Shown here piece after piece: positions 26,116 through 33,745 of a stretch of DNA of 34,914 bases. The stretch lies in contig JAFCEY010000001.1 of assembly GCA_017608945.1 (NCBI GenBank), forward strand, positions 1-34,914, in the 5' to 3' direction. The notes beneath the pieces are model-generated. The model did no database searches. It was not told the DNA's origin and was given only the letters and a program-made list of their open reading frames with translations. The number at the start of each line of letters is the position of its first letter. Position 1 is the first letter of the stretch. Made by a program: the position numbers and the translations under genes. Origin of the DNA: Candidatus Pacearchaeota archaeon. GTDB lineage: Archaea; Nanobdellota; Nanobdellia; Pacearchaeales; GW2011-AR1.

Positions 26116-26738
26116 TTTACATTTATTTTTATTGGTTTAGTCATAGTGAGCTTGATTTCAAGATTTTTTATGTTCTCTTTCCCCTTTTGAAGCTCTTTTA
26201 GCAGAGCATTATAAACACTTAGAATATTTTCTATTATTTCCTCATTTTTCATGGTCTCTTTTCCAACACACATTTTTATGCTTGGTTCCTTTGTTCTAAT
26301 TCTTAAACTTGAATTTATTTTTTCAACAGTCTCCTTAATTATTTTATCATTGACTTCTTTTAATATTCCTAACTGAGGAGAAGGCATTTTTCCTGCAGGA
26401 CCAAGTATTCTTCCAAAATTTGTTGCAACAAGAGGCATAAGATTTGCTTGACTTATGAAAAAATCATATTTCTTTAATTTTTTAATTCCTTTAGTTGTCG
26501 AATATTTTTTAAATTCATCTTTAGTTATGGTGTCGATATTTTTGTTTTTATTCTCTAAAAAAGCGCAGATTTTTTTATCTTTTATTTTATGTGGGACCTG
26601 GATAAATAAATTTATAGAGTTTTTCTTTATGTCAAATTTTTGCAGATTTATAATTAAATCAACACTCTGATTGAAATTCCTTTTTCTTTCTTTTCGTAGC
26701 TCAGAAAGAGCTTTTTCTAATTCTTTTTTAAGTTCCAT
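26112..26738 (-). CDS. rpl1: 50S ribosomal protein uL1
   Basis: The track ORF starts at ATG 26754-26756. The ATG at 26736-26738 (MELKKELEKALSELRKERKRNFNQSVDLIINL) is preferred because GGAGGT (26746-26751) lies 7 nt upstream of it. Confidence 0.9.
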   Translation of the reverse strand: MELKKELEKALSELRKERKRNFNQSVDLIINLQKFDIKKNSINLFIQVPHKIKDKKICAFLENKNKNIDTITKDEFKKYSTTKGIKKLKKYDFFISQANLMPLVATNFGRILGPAGKMPSPQLGILKEVNDKIIKETVEKINSSLRIRTKEPSIKMCVGKETMKNEEIIENILSVYNALLKELQKGKENIKNLEIKLTMTKPIKINVK

Positions 26739-26750
26739 TTTTATTACCTC

Positions 26751-26801
26751 CAACATTACGCGTCAGTATCATAGAACCCTAACTAAATACTGACGATGTT
26801 G
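26751..26801 (-). promoter_or_regulatory. Structured 5' leader of the L1-P0-P1 operon (candidate L1 autoregulatory rRNA mimic)
   Basis: Minus strand: CAACAU-CGUCAGUAU-[17-nt loop UUAGUUAGGGUUCUAUG]-AUACUGACG-CGUA-AUGUUG. This is a perfect 9-bp stem extended by a 6-bp stem across a 4-nt bulge. Its 3' arm ends immediately next to the GGAGGU SD. Confidence 0.35.
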
Positions 26802-26831
26802 TTTAATGGTGAAATTTTTAGAAAAGAGGAA

Positions 26832-26839
26832 TTTATAAA
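26832..26839 (-). promoter_or_regulatory. TATA-box-like element for the L1 operon
   Basis: TTTATAAA about 30 nt upstream of the leader hairpin start, which would place the TSS at or near the base of the structure. Confidence 0.3.
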
Positions 26840-26956
26840 CTTAACCTTTGTATTTCATTTGCCCAATTCTTCTAAATCTTTATCTGATATTGTTACTTTA
26901 ACTTAAAATAAATATATCACAACAATCCTTAAAAATAAACTTTATTTTTTCTTTTA

Positions 26957-27307
26957 ATGGAATTAGTAGCTTTATTATCATCAGGAAAAGGTTCTTGGGC
27001 TCAAGTTGCTGGTTTAATAAAATATAGTGACTGGGATAAAGTTATTTTGCTAGGAGATGATTTTGCAAAAAAATTTACTTCAGAAAAAAAACTTGAATTT
27101 ATTAAAGTGAATTTAAATTCCAAGCTAAAAGAACTTCGTGAAGAATTTTTAAAAAAACTCAAAGGGAAGATTGAAGGTACAGAGGTTGCTTTGAGTATTG
27201 CTTCTGGCGATGGCAAAGAGCATATGGCTCTAATTTCTGCTTTAATTAATTTGCCTGTTGGGATAAGATTTGCAGCTTTAACAAGAGAAGGGGTTATTTA
27301 TTTATAA
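26957..27307 (+). CDS. Hypothetical small protein (Rossmann-like alternating pattern)
   Basis: 116 aa: MELVALLSSGKGSWAQVAGLI...KVILLGDDF...VALSIASGDGKEHMALISALINL. No family assigned with confidence. Confidence 0.5.
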   Translation: MELVALLSSGKGSWAQVAGLIKYSDWDKVILLGDDFAKKFTSEKKLEFIKVNLNSKLKELREEFLKKLKGKIEGTEVALSIASGDGKEHMALISALINLPVGIRFAALTREGVIYL

Positions 27308-27308
27308 G

Positions 27309-27554
27309 ATGGAAGAATTTTTAAAAATTAATGATGAGAAATATCCTCCAGAAGATTTCTGTAAAAAATATTGTAAAGATGAAACATTTAAATTATTATC
27401 AAAGCTTCAGTTAAATTCAAGGATTTTATTTAAAAATGATTCAAAGGCAATGAATTATCATCAAAAAATTTTTCAAAATGAGAGAAAAAAATGTGATAAG
27501 TGTTTAGCTACCCTTGCTTTTGATTTTATTAAAAACAACAAATATGATTTCTGA
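27309..27554 (+). CDS. Hypothetical small Cys-containing protein
   Basis: 81 aa. Its ATG lies 1 nt after the stop of the previous gene. Contains CxxxC (CKKYC) and CxxC (CDKC) pairs, so it may bind metal. Confidence 0.4.
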   Translation: MEEFLKINDEKYPPEDFCKKYCKDETFKLLSKLQLNSRILFKNDSKAMNYHQKIFQNERKKCDKCLATLAFDFIKNNKYDF

Positions 27555-28547
27555 TTATATTTGATTTTCCTGTATTTTCATTTTTCTTTTATCCTTTCCA
27601 AGCAGAACAACACAACTTCTTTTTTCTTCATCGAGAATTTTATAATTTCTTAATTCTTTCACTAATTTTTCAGCAAATTTTTTAATTTCTTTAAAAGTCG
27701 GCTGTTTTTTATAACTATTTTCAATTCTTTTTCTTGAAAATCCTAATGCTTTAAATCCTTTAACATGAATAAAATCAGGTTCAGCTTTTTTTATTAATCT
27801 TGCATATTGAGAAATATGCTCTAATTCCATGTTTGAAATTTTATCCTTTTTTTCATTTATTTTTTTTATAAGAGTTAATCTTATCACTCTTCTTGTTTTT
27901 CTCTTTAGCTTTTTCATTATTTCCAAACTCTTATTGAATCTTTCCCAAGCATCTTTCCTTATAGAGTTATGCCAAATTTTGAAAAGTTTTTTGTTCGGCG
28001 CATTTAGTGAAATTGTGAGTTGTGTTGGAAGTGCATTTTTTTTCTCAAGTCTTTTGAGAATATCAGGATTTTGTCCATTAGTAACTAAAAAACTAATTGC
28101 TTTTCTTTTTCTTATTTCTTTTATTAATTCATCAAGTTTTGGATAAAGAGTTGGTTCTCCTGATAAAGATAATGTAAATAAAGTTGGCTTTAGCGCCTCT
28201 TCAAATTTTTTCTCTGATGTTTTTTTATTTCCTTTAAATCCGCTCAACAATTTTCTTCTCCCTTCAATAATTTTGTCTAAAATTTCTTTTGGCTCGTTAA
28301 TTTTCTTTAATTTAATTCCCAGATTCATTTCTATTGGGCGCCAACAATGTAAGCATTTGTTTTCGCACCACATTACTGCAGGAGAAAACTGGCAACATCT
28401 GTGGCTTTCAATTCCATAAAATTTTTCTTTCCAACATCCTCCTTTTTCATTAAGAGAGTTTTTAGTCCATTTACAAATTTGAACTGCAGAATGACCAAAT
28501 ATAGCATAGTGTTTTTTCTTTAATGCTTCCTTAATATTTTTTCTCAT
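27555..28547 (-). CDS. taw1: tRNA 4-demethylwyosine synthase Taw1/TYW1 (radical SAM)
   Basis: 330 aa: GGCWKEKFYGIESHRCCQFSPAVMWCENKCLHCWRP (auxiliary-cluster plus radical-SAM cysteines), and SLSGEPTLYP. Confidence 0.88.
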   Translation of the reverse strand: MRKNIKEALKKKHYAIFGHSAVQICKWTKNSLNEKGGCWKEKFYGIESHRCCQFSPAVMWCENKCLHCWRPIEMNLGIKLKKINEPKEILDKIIEGRRKLLSGFKGNKKTSEKKFEEALKPTLFTLSLSGEPTLYPKLDELIKEIRKRKAISFLVTNGQNPDILKRLEKKNALPTQLTISLNAPNKKLFKIWHNSIRKDAWERFNKSLEIMKKLKRKTRRVIRLTLIKKINEKKDKISNMELEHISQYARLIKKAEPDFIHVKGFKALGFSRKRIENSYKKQPTFKEIKKFAEKLVKELRNYKILDEEKRSCVVLLGKDKRKMKIQENQI

Positions 28548-28561
28548 AAAAAAATTAAAAA

Positions 28562-29977
28562 TTAAGGAGTTTTAAATCTTGTCAAAAACCAAAATATCAT
28601 GATTAGAAAAAATAAAAATAAAATGATGTATGTTAAGAGATTAAAAAATCCCTTAGCCTTTTTTTCATTTTTTGTTATTGCTAAAGCTGTTAAGAATAAA
28701 AATTTCCCTCCATCAAAAATTCCGATGGGAAGCATGTTTATCAAAGCAACACTGATGCTTATTATAGTGAGCCATAATAATAAATTGTATATGAAAATTC
28801 CTCCTACGAATTTCGCTTCATAATAGACGTTTTCTTTTTTTATGAAATTTATAACTTTATTTAATATTCCTTTTCTTTCAATAAAACCAACTCCGAGCCA
28901 AGGAACACTTTCATTTTTTGGATTACTTCCTAAGACAATCTCGTATTTTAATGTTTCATTATCGAATTTAGTCACTATATCTATTTTCTCTCCTGGCGAA
29001 TACTTCATCAATTCTTCTACAAATTTTTTCTTACTATCTATCGCAACCCCATTAATTTCTTTTATAGCTCCCTTTAATTCAGAATTTATGGCAGGAGAAT
29101 TATCATAAAGGACTATATAATTTTCATTATTTTTTTGCTGTTTCAAAAAACTTTTTGTTAAAAGATAATCTCTTCCATTAGCTTCAATTTGATTATATCC
29201 ATCTTTTAATAAATTAAGAATTCCTTCATAGCTAATATTCTCTAAGGGTACTCCATTTATCAGTTCAATTTTTGTTATCGGGACTATTGAATATGAATAG
29301 CTATCAAAAGTTACTCCAGAAGGAATAAATGCGATATTAAAAAAACCTAATAAAATTAAAAAAAAGAAAATTGCTACAAGAACATTAGCGAATGTCCCAG
29401 CAGAAAGTATAGAAAGTTGGCTAAACTTACTTTTTTGAGACATTTTCTTTTCGTCTAGCTCGACAAAGGCAGCAAAGAATATAGGAAGGAAAAAAGGAAA
29501 AAAACCAAACCCTGTGTTTTTTATTTTCACCTTTTTGTGTGCTGCAAAAATTCCGTGCGCAAATTCATGAGTTATAGCGATTATAGCAATAATAATTATC
29601 CAATATGTGAAATAAAAAGGTGGTAAAAAATCTAATTTAAAAATCTGAGGAAGGTAGGGAATTAAAGGCATTATTGGGGGAACTTTAACTATTCTAACAA
29701 TATTTGGCTGAAAAAGATAAACCCAAACTATTTTTCCAAATAAATAAATCATGGCCCCCATTAGAAAATATCCGAGGATTATAGAAATATAACTTAAAAC
29801 CTGTAAAGTTTTTTTATATTTATTTCCAATATTGTTAATTATTTTAATTCCTTTTTTTGTTCTGTACAAAAGGAGTAAGCCTTCTTTTTTAATTTTGTTT
29901 CTTCTTTTATATAAAAATATAGAGACAAATATTATGAAGAGTGCTAAAAAAGATATATCATAAATGATAAAATTCAT
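28562..29977 (-). CDS. Site-2 protease family (M50) membrane metalloprotease with PDZ-like insert
   Basis: 471 aa. HEFAHG zinc motif in a TM helix, C-terminal NMLPIGIFDGG (NxxPxxxxDG) motif, and a soluble insert between the TM bundles. Confidence 0.85.
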   Translation of the reverse strand: MNFIIYDISFLALFIIFVSIFLYKRRNKIKKEGLLLLYRTKKGIKIINNIGNKYKKTLQVLSYISIILGYFLMGAMIYLFGKIVWVYLFQPNIVRIVKVPPIMPLIPYLPQIFKLDFLPPFYFTYWIIIIAIIAITHEFAHGIFAAHKKVKIKNTGFGFFPFFLPIFFAAFVELDEKKMSQKSKFSQLSILSAGTFANVLVAIFFFLILLGFFNIAFIPSGVTFDSYSYSIVPITKIELINGVPLENISYEGILNLLKDGYNQIEANGRDYLLTKSFLKQQKNNENYIVLYDNSPAINSELKGAIKEINGVAIDSKKKFVEELMKYSPGEKIDIVTKFDNETLKYEIVLGSNPKNESVPWLGVGFIERKGILNKVINFIKKENVYYEAKFVGGIFIYNLLLWLTIISISVALINMLPIGIFDGGKFLFLTALAITKNEKKAKGFFNLLTYIILFLFFLIMIFWFLTRFKTP

Positions 29978-30135
29978 TTTTTCTTTAAAGGACGGAAAGA
30001 ATTTCCTTTACACTTCCTGCATTTTACTTTACCCATTAGAACACGCTGAGGCTCTGCTCTAATTTTTAGATTACATCTTCTACAAACAAAAACATTCTTA
30101 AAAAGTCTGTTTGATGCTTCTGGTATTTTTGCCAT
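29974..30135 (-). CDS. rpl40e: 50S ribosomal protein L40e
   Basis: Below the track cutoff. My translation: MAKIPEASNRLFKNVFVCRRCNLKIRAEPQRVLMGKVKCRKCKGNSFRPLKKK (CxxC...CxxC zinc ribbon). Its TGA overlaps the protease ATG (ATGA at 29974-29977). Confidence 0.85.
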   Translation of the reverse strand: MAKIPEASNRLFKNVFVCRRCNLKIRAEPQRVLMGKVKCRKCKGNSFRPLKKK

Positions 30136-30147
30136 CGTTTTTTGAAA

Positions 30148-30534
30148 TTATAATTTTCTTTTAATTATTTTTTCACCCTCTACATCCCAATATTCTACAT
30201 TAGAATTTACTTCTAATTCTTTTTTTAATTCCTCTGAGCATGCCACATCAAAAGTCTCAAAATTTTCCAAATCCATTACATTAATTTTATCAGAAATTGA
30301 CAAAATTTGAGCCTTTCTCTTTTCAACTCTTGGGACCTCAAATTTATCATCTCCTGGAACAACAAAAACTTTTTTTTGTTCATTTAAAATTCCTATAGCT
30401 TCTATTCTAACTTTAGAATGTCCATGTTTTCCAGTTTTGCTTATATCTACTCTTCTCACTGTGCATGGAATTTTATCAATAATTATGTTTGTTCCGACTT
30501 TTACCTCTATGGCATTAATAATTTTTAAAACCAT
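30148..30534 (-). CDS. eif5a: Translation initiation factor 5A (aIF5A)
   Basis: Hypusination motif SKTGKHGHSKVRIEAIGI. The internal ATG at 30532-30534 (MVLKIINAIEVKVG...) gives the usual ~35 aa before GKHG. The longer track ORF (to 30591) would overlap the divergent FKBP gene. Confidence 0.9.
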   Translation of the reverse strand: MVLKIINAIEVKVGTNIIIDKIPCTVRRVDISKTGKHGHSKVRIEAIGILNEQKKVFVVPGDDKFEVPRVEKRKAQILSISDKINVMDLENFETFDVACSEELKKELEVNSNVEYWDVEGEKIIKRKL

Positions 30535-30584
30535 AACATCATGAAAAGAAATATATTTATAAACATTTTTGCTAAAAAAATAAA

Positions 30585-31256
30585 ATGACATTAAAGAAAA
30601 AAGATTTTGTTGAAATAGAATTTACAGGAAAAACTGCAGATGGGGAGATTTTTGACTCAAATATTGAAGAAGATCTTAAAAAGATAAATCCTAATCTGAA
30701 CTTGCCTGTTAAGGCAAAACCTTTAATTTTATGTTTAGGAGAAGGAATGTTTCTTAAACCAATTGAAGATTTTTTGATTGGGAAACCTGATACTCCTGCA
30801 AGTTATGAAATTAAACTCTCCCCAAAAGAAGCATTTGGAGAAAGAAATAAAGAATTGATACAAATTGTTCCCTTAAGAATTTTTCAACAAAACAATTTAA
30901 ATCCTGTTCCAAAAGCAATGTTTAATCTTGATGGAAAAATTGCAAAGGTTTTAGCTGTTTCTGGTGGAAGAGTTATTGTTGATTTTAATAATCCTCTTGC
31001 AGGAAAAAATGTAATTTACAAAATAAAAGTTTTGAGGAAAATTGAAGATATAAATGAAAAAATAAAAGCATTAATCTCATTTTTTTTCAAAAAAGAAATT
31101 GAATTTAAATTAGAAGGTAAAAAACTTGTTTTGAAAATTGAAAAGCCTATGGTAGAATATGCAAAGTTGTTTAAAGAAACTTTTAAAAACATTCTTGATT
31201 TGGATTTAGAAATCAAGGAAGAAAAGGAAGAGAAAGAAATTAGTAGAAAAGAATAA
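30585..31256 (+). CDS. FKBP-type peptidyl-prolyl cis-trans isomerase (long archaeal type with insert-in-flap and C-terminal domain)
   Basis: 223 aa: VEIEFTGKTADGEIFDSN...KEAFGERN...GRVIVDFNNPLAGKNVIYKIKVL. Confidence 0.8.
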   Translation: MTLKKKDFVEIEFTGKTADGEIFDSNIEEDLKKINPNLNLPVKAKPLILCLGEGMFLKPIEDFLIGKPDTPASYEIKLSPKEAFGERNKELIQIVPLRIFQQNNLNPVPKAMFNLDGKIAKVLAVSGGRVIVDFNNPLAGKNVIYKIKVLRKIEDINEKIKALISFFFKKEIEFKLEGKKLVLKIEKPMVEYAKLFKETFKNILDLDLEIKEEKEEKEISRKE

Positions 31257-32201
31257 TTATTTTAATTTTATTCCAATTTTTTCTAATGTATTCATCTTTT
31301 TATAATGAATCCTAATTTTTTTTAGAGTTCTTTTTTCTATTTGTCTTACTCTTTCTTTTGTTAAATCACAACCTCTTCCAATCTCTTCAAGTGTTTTGCC
31401 TTCCATTCTATCTAATAATATTTTTCTTTCTCTTTTTGTTACATTCATTTCATTAAGAATATTGTGGAGAGTTACTCGATTGAGAATTTTTTCTTCTATA
31501 ATATATTTTTTATCAGGCATATAATCTAATGAGGGATGTTTTTCTATAAAATATAAAGACCCTGTAAAATTTGATAATTCCTCGTTTGTTGATTTTTTGT
31601 TGGGGATGACCTCTAAGTTATCTTTAAATTCTCTAATTTCTTTTATTTTTTGTTGTTTATTTAAGGGGATTTTTATTAGTCCTGATTTATTTTTCAATGC
31701 TTTTTTAATTTTACTCTTCACCCACCAGTTTGCATAACTGAGAAAATAGTAGCCTCTCGTAGGATCATATTTTTCAAAAGCTATTACTAACCCTTCTAAA
31801 CCTTCACTAATAAGGTCTCTTATTTCTATATTTGGATTTTGATATTTCTTTGCTTCTTTTTCAACATATCTTATATTTGGAGTCAGTAGTCCGTTTCTAA
31901 TATATTCCATTTGATGTTCTAATTTCTTTAAGTTTTCTGAATCTTTTTTTGAGTTAAGATATTCTTTTATCTTTTTGTAAGTTGTATAAAGAGAAGAAAA
32001 AAGTTCTGAATCTCTGACAACAGGATATTTTCCAACCTCTCTATATATTAATTCTTCTATGCTCGGAATTTTTGAGTTAGGGGATTTTTTCTTTAGTTCA
32101 GTTTTATTTTTTTTATTTTGGATTTGTGTATTAATATATTCTTTATATTTTCTTATTGCTAGATCTGCTTCTTTAAGCAATTCATTTTCTGTAATTTTCA
32201 T
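31257..32201 (-). CDS. Sigma-70 family RNA polymerase sigma factor (regions 1.2, 2, 3.0 and 4 present), a bacterial-type protein in an archaeal context
   Basis: 314 aa. r1.2 IEELIYREVGKYPVVRDSELF. r2 NIRYVEKEAKKY...IRDLISEGLEGLVIAFEKYDPTRGYYFLSYANWWVKSKIKKAL. r3.0 LIKIPLNKQQKIKEI. r4 KRERKILLDRMEGKTLEEIGRGCDLTKERVRQIEKRTLKKIR. Confidence 0.85.
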   Translation of the reverse strand: MKITENELLKEADLAIRKYKEYINTQIQNKKNKTELKKKSPNSKIPSIEELIYREVGKYPVVRDSELFSSLYTTYKKIKEYLNSKKDSENLKKLEHQMEYIRNGLLTPNIRYVEKEAKKYQNPNIEIRDLISEGLEGLVIAFEKYDPTRGYYFLSYANWWVKSKIKKALKNKSGLIKIPLNKQQKIKEIREFKDNLEVIPNKKSTNEELSNFTGSLYFIEKHPSLDYMPDKKYIIEEKILNRVTLHNILNEMNVTKRERKILLDRMEGKTLEEIGRGCDLTKERVRQIEKRTLKKIRIHYKKMNTLEKIGIKLK

Positions 32202-32303
32202 TTTTAAACCATAAAATTAATTTATTTATTTTTTATAAATATTAATGCAAAATAAAACAAAAAAAACAACAATTCTTATAAATAGTTAATTCTACTTTTA
32301 AAT

Positions 32304-33380
32304 ATGGAGAATATTTATGAGAACTCTGAAGCACTTTCTATTGATAGAGAATTAGAAGAGCTTTTGAAAAAACAAACTACAAAAATTAAGGTTGTAGGTA
32401 TTGGCGGAGGCGGAGGCAACTCTTTAAGTAGGATGAGAGAAATTGGAATCAAGGGAGGAGAATTTATAGCAATTAATACTGATGCTCAAGATTTATTATA
32501 TACTAATTCTGATCAAAAAATTTTAATTGGTAGAGAGTTAACACAAGGTTTAGGGGCAGGAAGTAATCCAAGAATTGGAGAGGAGGCAGCAAGAGAGTCA
32601 GAATCTGAAATAAGGAAAAAAATGATGGGAAGTGATATGATTTTTATTACTTGTGGGTTAGGAGGAGGCACAGGAACAGGTGCTGCTCCTATAATTGCTT
32701 CTTTAGCAAAAAAACAAGGAGCTTTAACAATAGGAGTTGTGACATTACCTTTTACAATAGAAGGAAAAAAAAGAATAGAAAATGCTATGGATGGTTTAGA
32801 AAGACTTGAATCAGTAGTTGATACATTAATTGTAATCCCAAATGATAAGCTCTTGGAGTTGGCTCCTGAATTGCCTTTACATACTGCATTTAAAATTGCT
32901 GACGAAATTTTGACAAATGCTGTAAAAGGAATTACTGAACTTGTAACTGTTCCTGGGCTTGTGAATTTGGATTTTGCAGATGTGAAAGCAGTTATGATTG
33001 ACGGTGGTGTTTCTTTAATAGGGATGGGAGAATCAGATAGTACTCAAAGGGCTATTGATGCTGTAGAAAAAGCAATAAATAATCCTCTTATAGATGTTGA
33101 TATTTCAAGTGCTACAGGAGCTTTGGTAAATATTGTTGGTGGAAAAGATATGACTTTAGATGAGTGCAAGCAAATTGTTGAAACTATTGGTAATAGATTA
33201 AGTTCAGATGCAAAATTAATATGGGGGGCTCAGACTTCAGAAGATATGGATAAATCAATTAGAGTTTTATTAATTGTTACTGGAGTGAAATCAAGCCAAA
33301 TTTTAGGACAAGGAGAAACAATAGAAGAAATGAAGCATAGAGAAATTGAAGAAGAGCTTGGAATTGAGTTTTTTGAATAG
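32304..33380 (+). CDS. ftsZ: Cell division GTPase FtsZ
   Basis: 358 aa: KVVGIGGGGGNSL, NTDAQDL, GLGAGSNP, tubulin signature GLGGGTGTGAAPIIA, IPNDKLL. Confidence 0.95.
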   Translation: MENIYENSEALSIDRELEELLKKQTTKIKVVGIGGGGGNSLSRMREIGIKGGEFIAINTDAQDLLYTNSDQKILIGRELTQGLGAGSNPRIGEEAARESESEIRKKMMGSDMIFITCGLGGGTGTGAAPIIASLAKKQGALTIGVVTLPFTIEGKKRIENAMDGLERLESVVDTLIVIPNDKLLELAPELPLHTAFKIADEILTNAVKGITELVTVPGLVNLDFADVKAVMIDGGVSLIGMGESDSTQRAIDAVEKAINNPLIDVDISSATGALVNIVGGKDMTLDECKQIVETIGNRLSSDAKLIWGAQTSEDMDKSIRVLLIVTGVKSSQILGQGETIEEMKHREIEEELGIEFFE

Positions 33381-33463
33381 ACCTTGAATATCTAAAATAT
33401 CTAAATAATTAACTTTAAAAATTAAAAACTAAATTTTAAAAACTTTCTTTTTCTTTTTTAATT

Positions 33464-33619
33464 ATGAAATTTAATGTTAAAGAACTTTTAATCAAAGTAA
33501 AGTGAAAGCCGACAAAAAAAGAATTTGTTATGGTTGCAAAAGTTTCTGCTATTGGAATCGCAATTCTCGGTTTTTTGGGATTTTTGATTGCGATAATTAT
33601 GAAGGAGTTTGTTAGGTGA
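33464..33619 (+). CDS. secE: Preprotein translocase subunit SecE (Sec61 gamma) interrupted by an in-frame TGA at 33503-33505
   Basis: My translation: MKFNVKELLIKVK*KPTKKEFVMVAKVSAIGIAILGFLGFLIAIIMKEFVR. It shows a basic amphipathic helix, the KPTxxEF hinge and a single TM helix, which is the archaeal SecE pattern. Not in the ORF track. Confidence 0.6.
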
Positions 33620-33745
33620 TATCATAAACTAAACGATTTGTCTCTCTTCTCTCATCATTAATTTGACAATTTAATGGAAAATAAAATTTAATTTTCCACC
33701 ACAATAAATTATAAAAATATAATTCAATTTTATTCTTTATAAAAT

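Noticed and set aside
9362-30135. Genome-wide TGA reassignment (TGA as a sense codon), prompted by the SecE in-frame TGA
   Set aside because: TGA ends many conserved full-length genes here in ATGA overlaps (L3, L4, S19, S17, S4e, L6, S5, L19e, L40e). All of these proteins terminate at their expected C-termini, so the standard code applies.
30535-30591. 19-codon N-terminal extension of aIF5A
   Set aside because: It would overlap the divergent FKBP start and add residues absent from aIF5A homologues. It would also leave no promoter space. The start at 30534 gives the canonical distance to the GKHG hypusine motif.
31257-32201. Sigma factor explained as a misassembled bacterial fragment
   Set aside because: Not fully excluded without reads. 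It is judged unlikely because archaeal-specific genes lie within about 1.3 kb on both sides, the spacers are ordinary, and composition and amino-acid style match the flanks.
33381-33463. Tandem ATATCTAAA ATATCTAAA and AT-rich palindromes downstream of ftsZ, and the GGAAAAT/ATTTTCC hairpin near 33675
   Set aside because: These are short and low-complexity, and are expected by chance in an intergenic region this AT-rich. No support for a specific regulatory call.
33502-33615. Alternative GTG-initiated Cys-rich frame overlapping SecE (MKADKKRICYGCKSFCYW...)
   Set aside because: It is out of frame with the clearly SecE-like translation and has no SD or homology pattern. The open frame is most simply coincidental.
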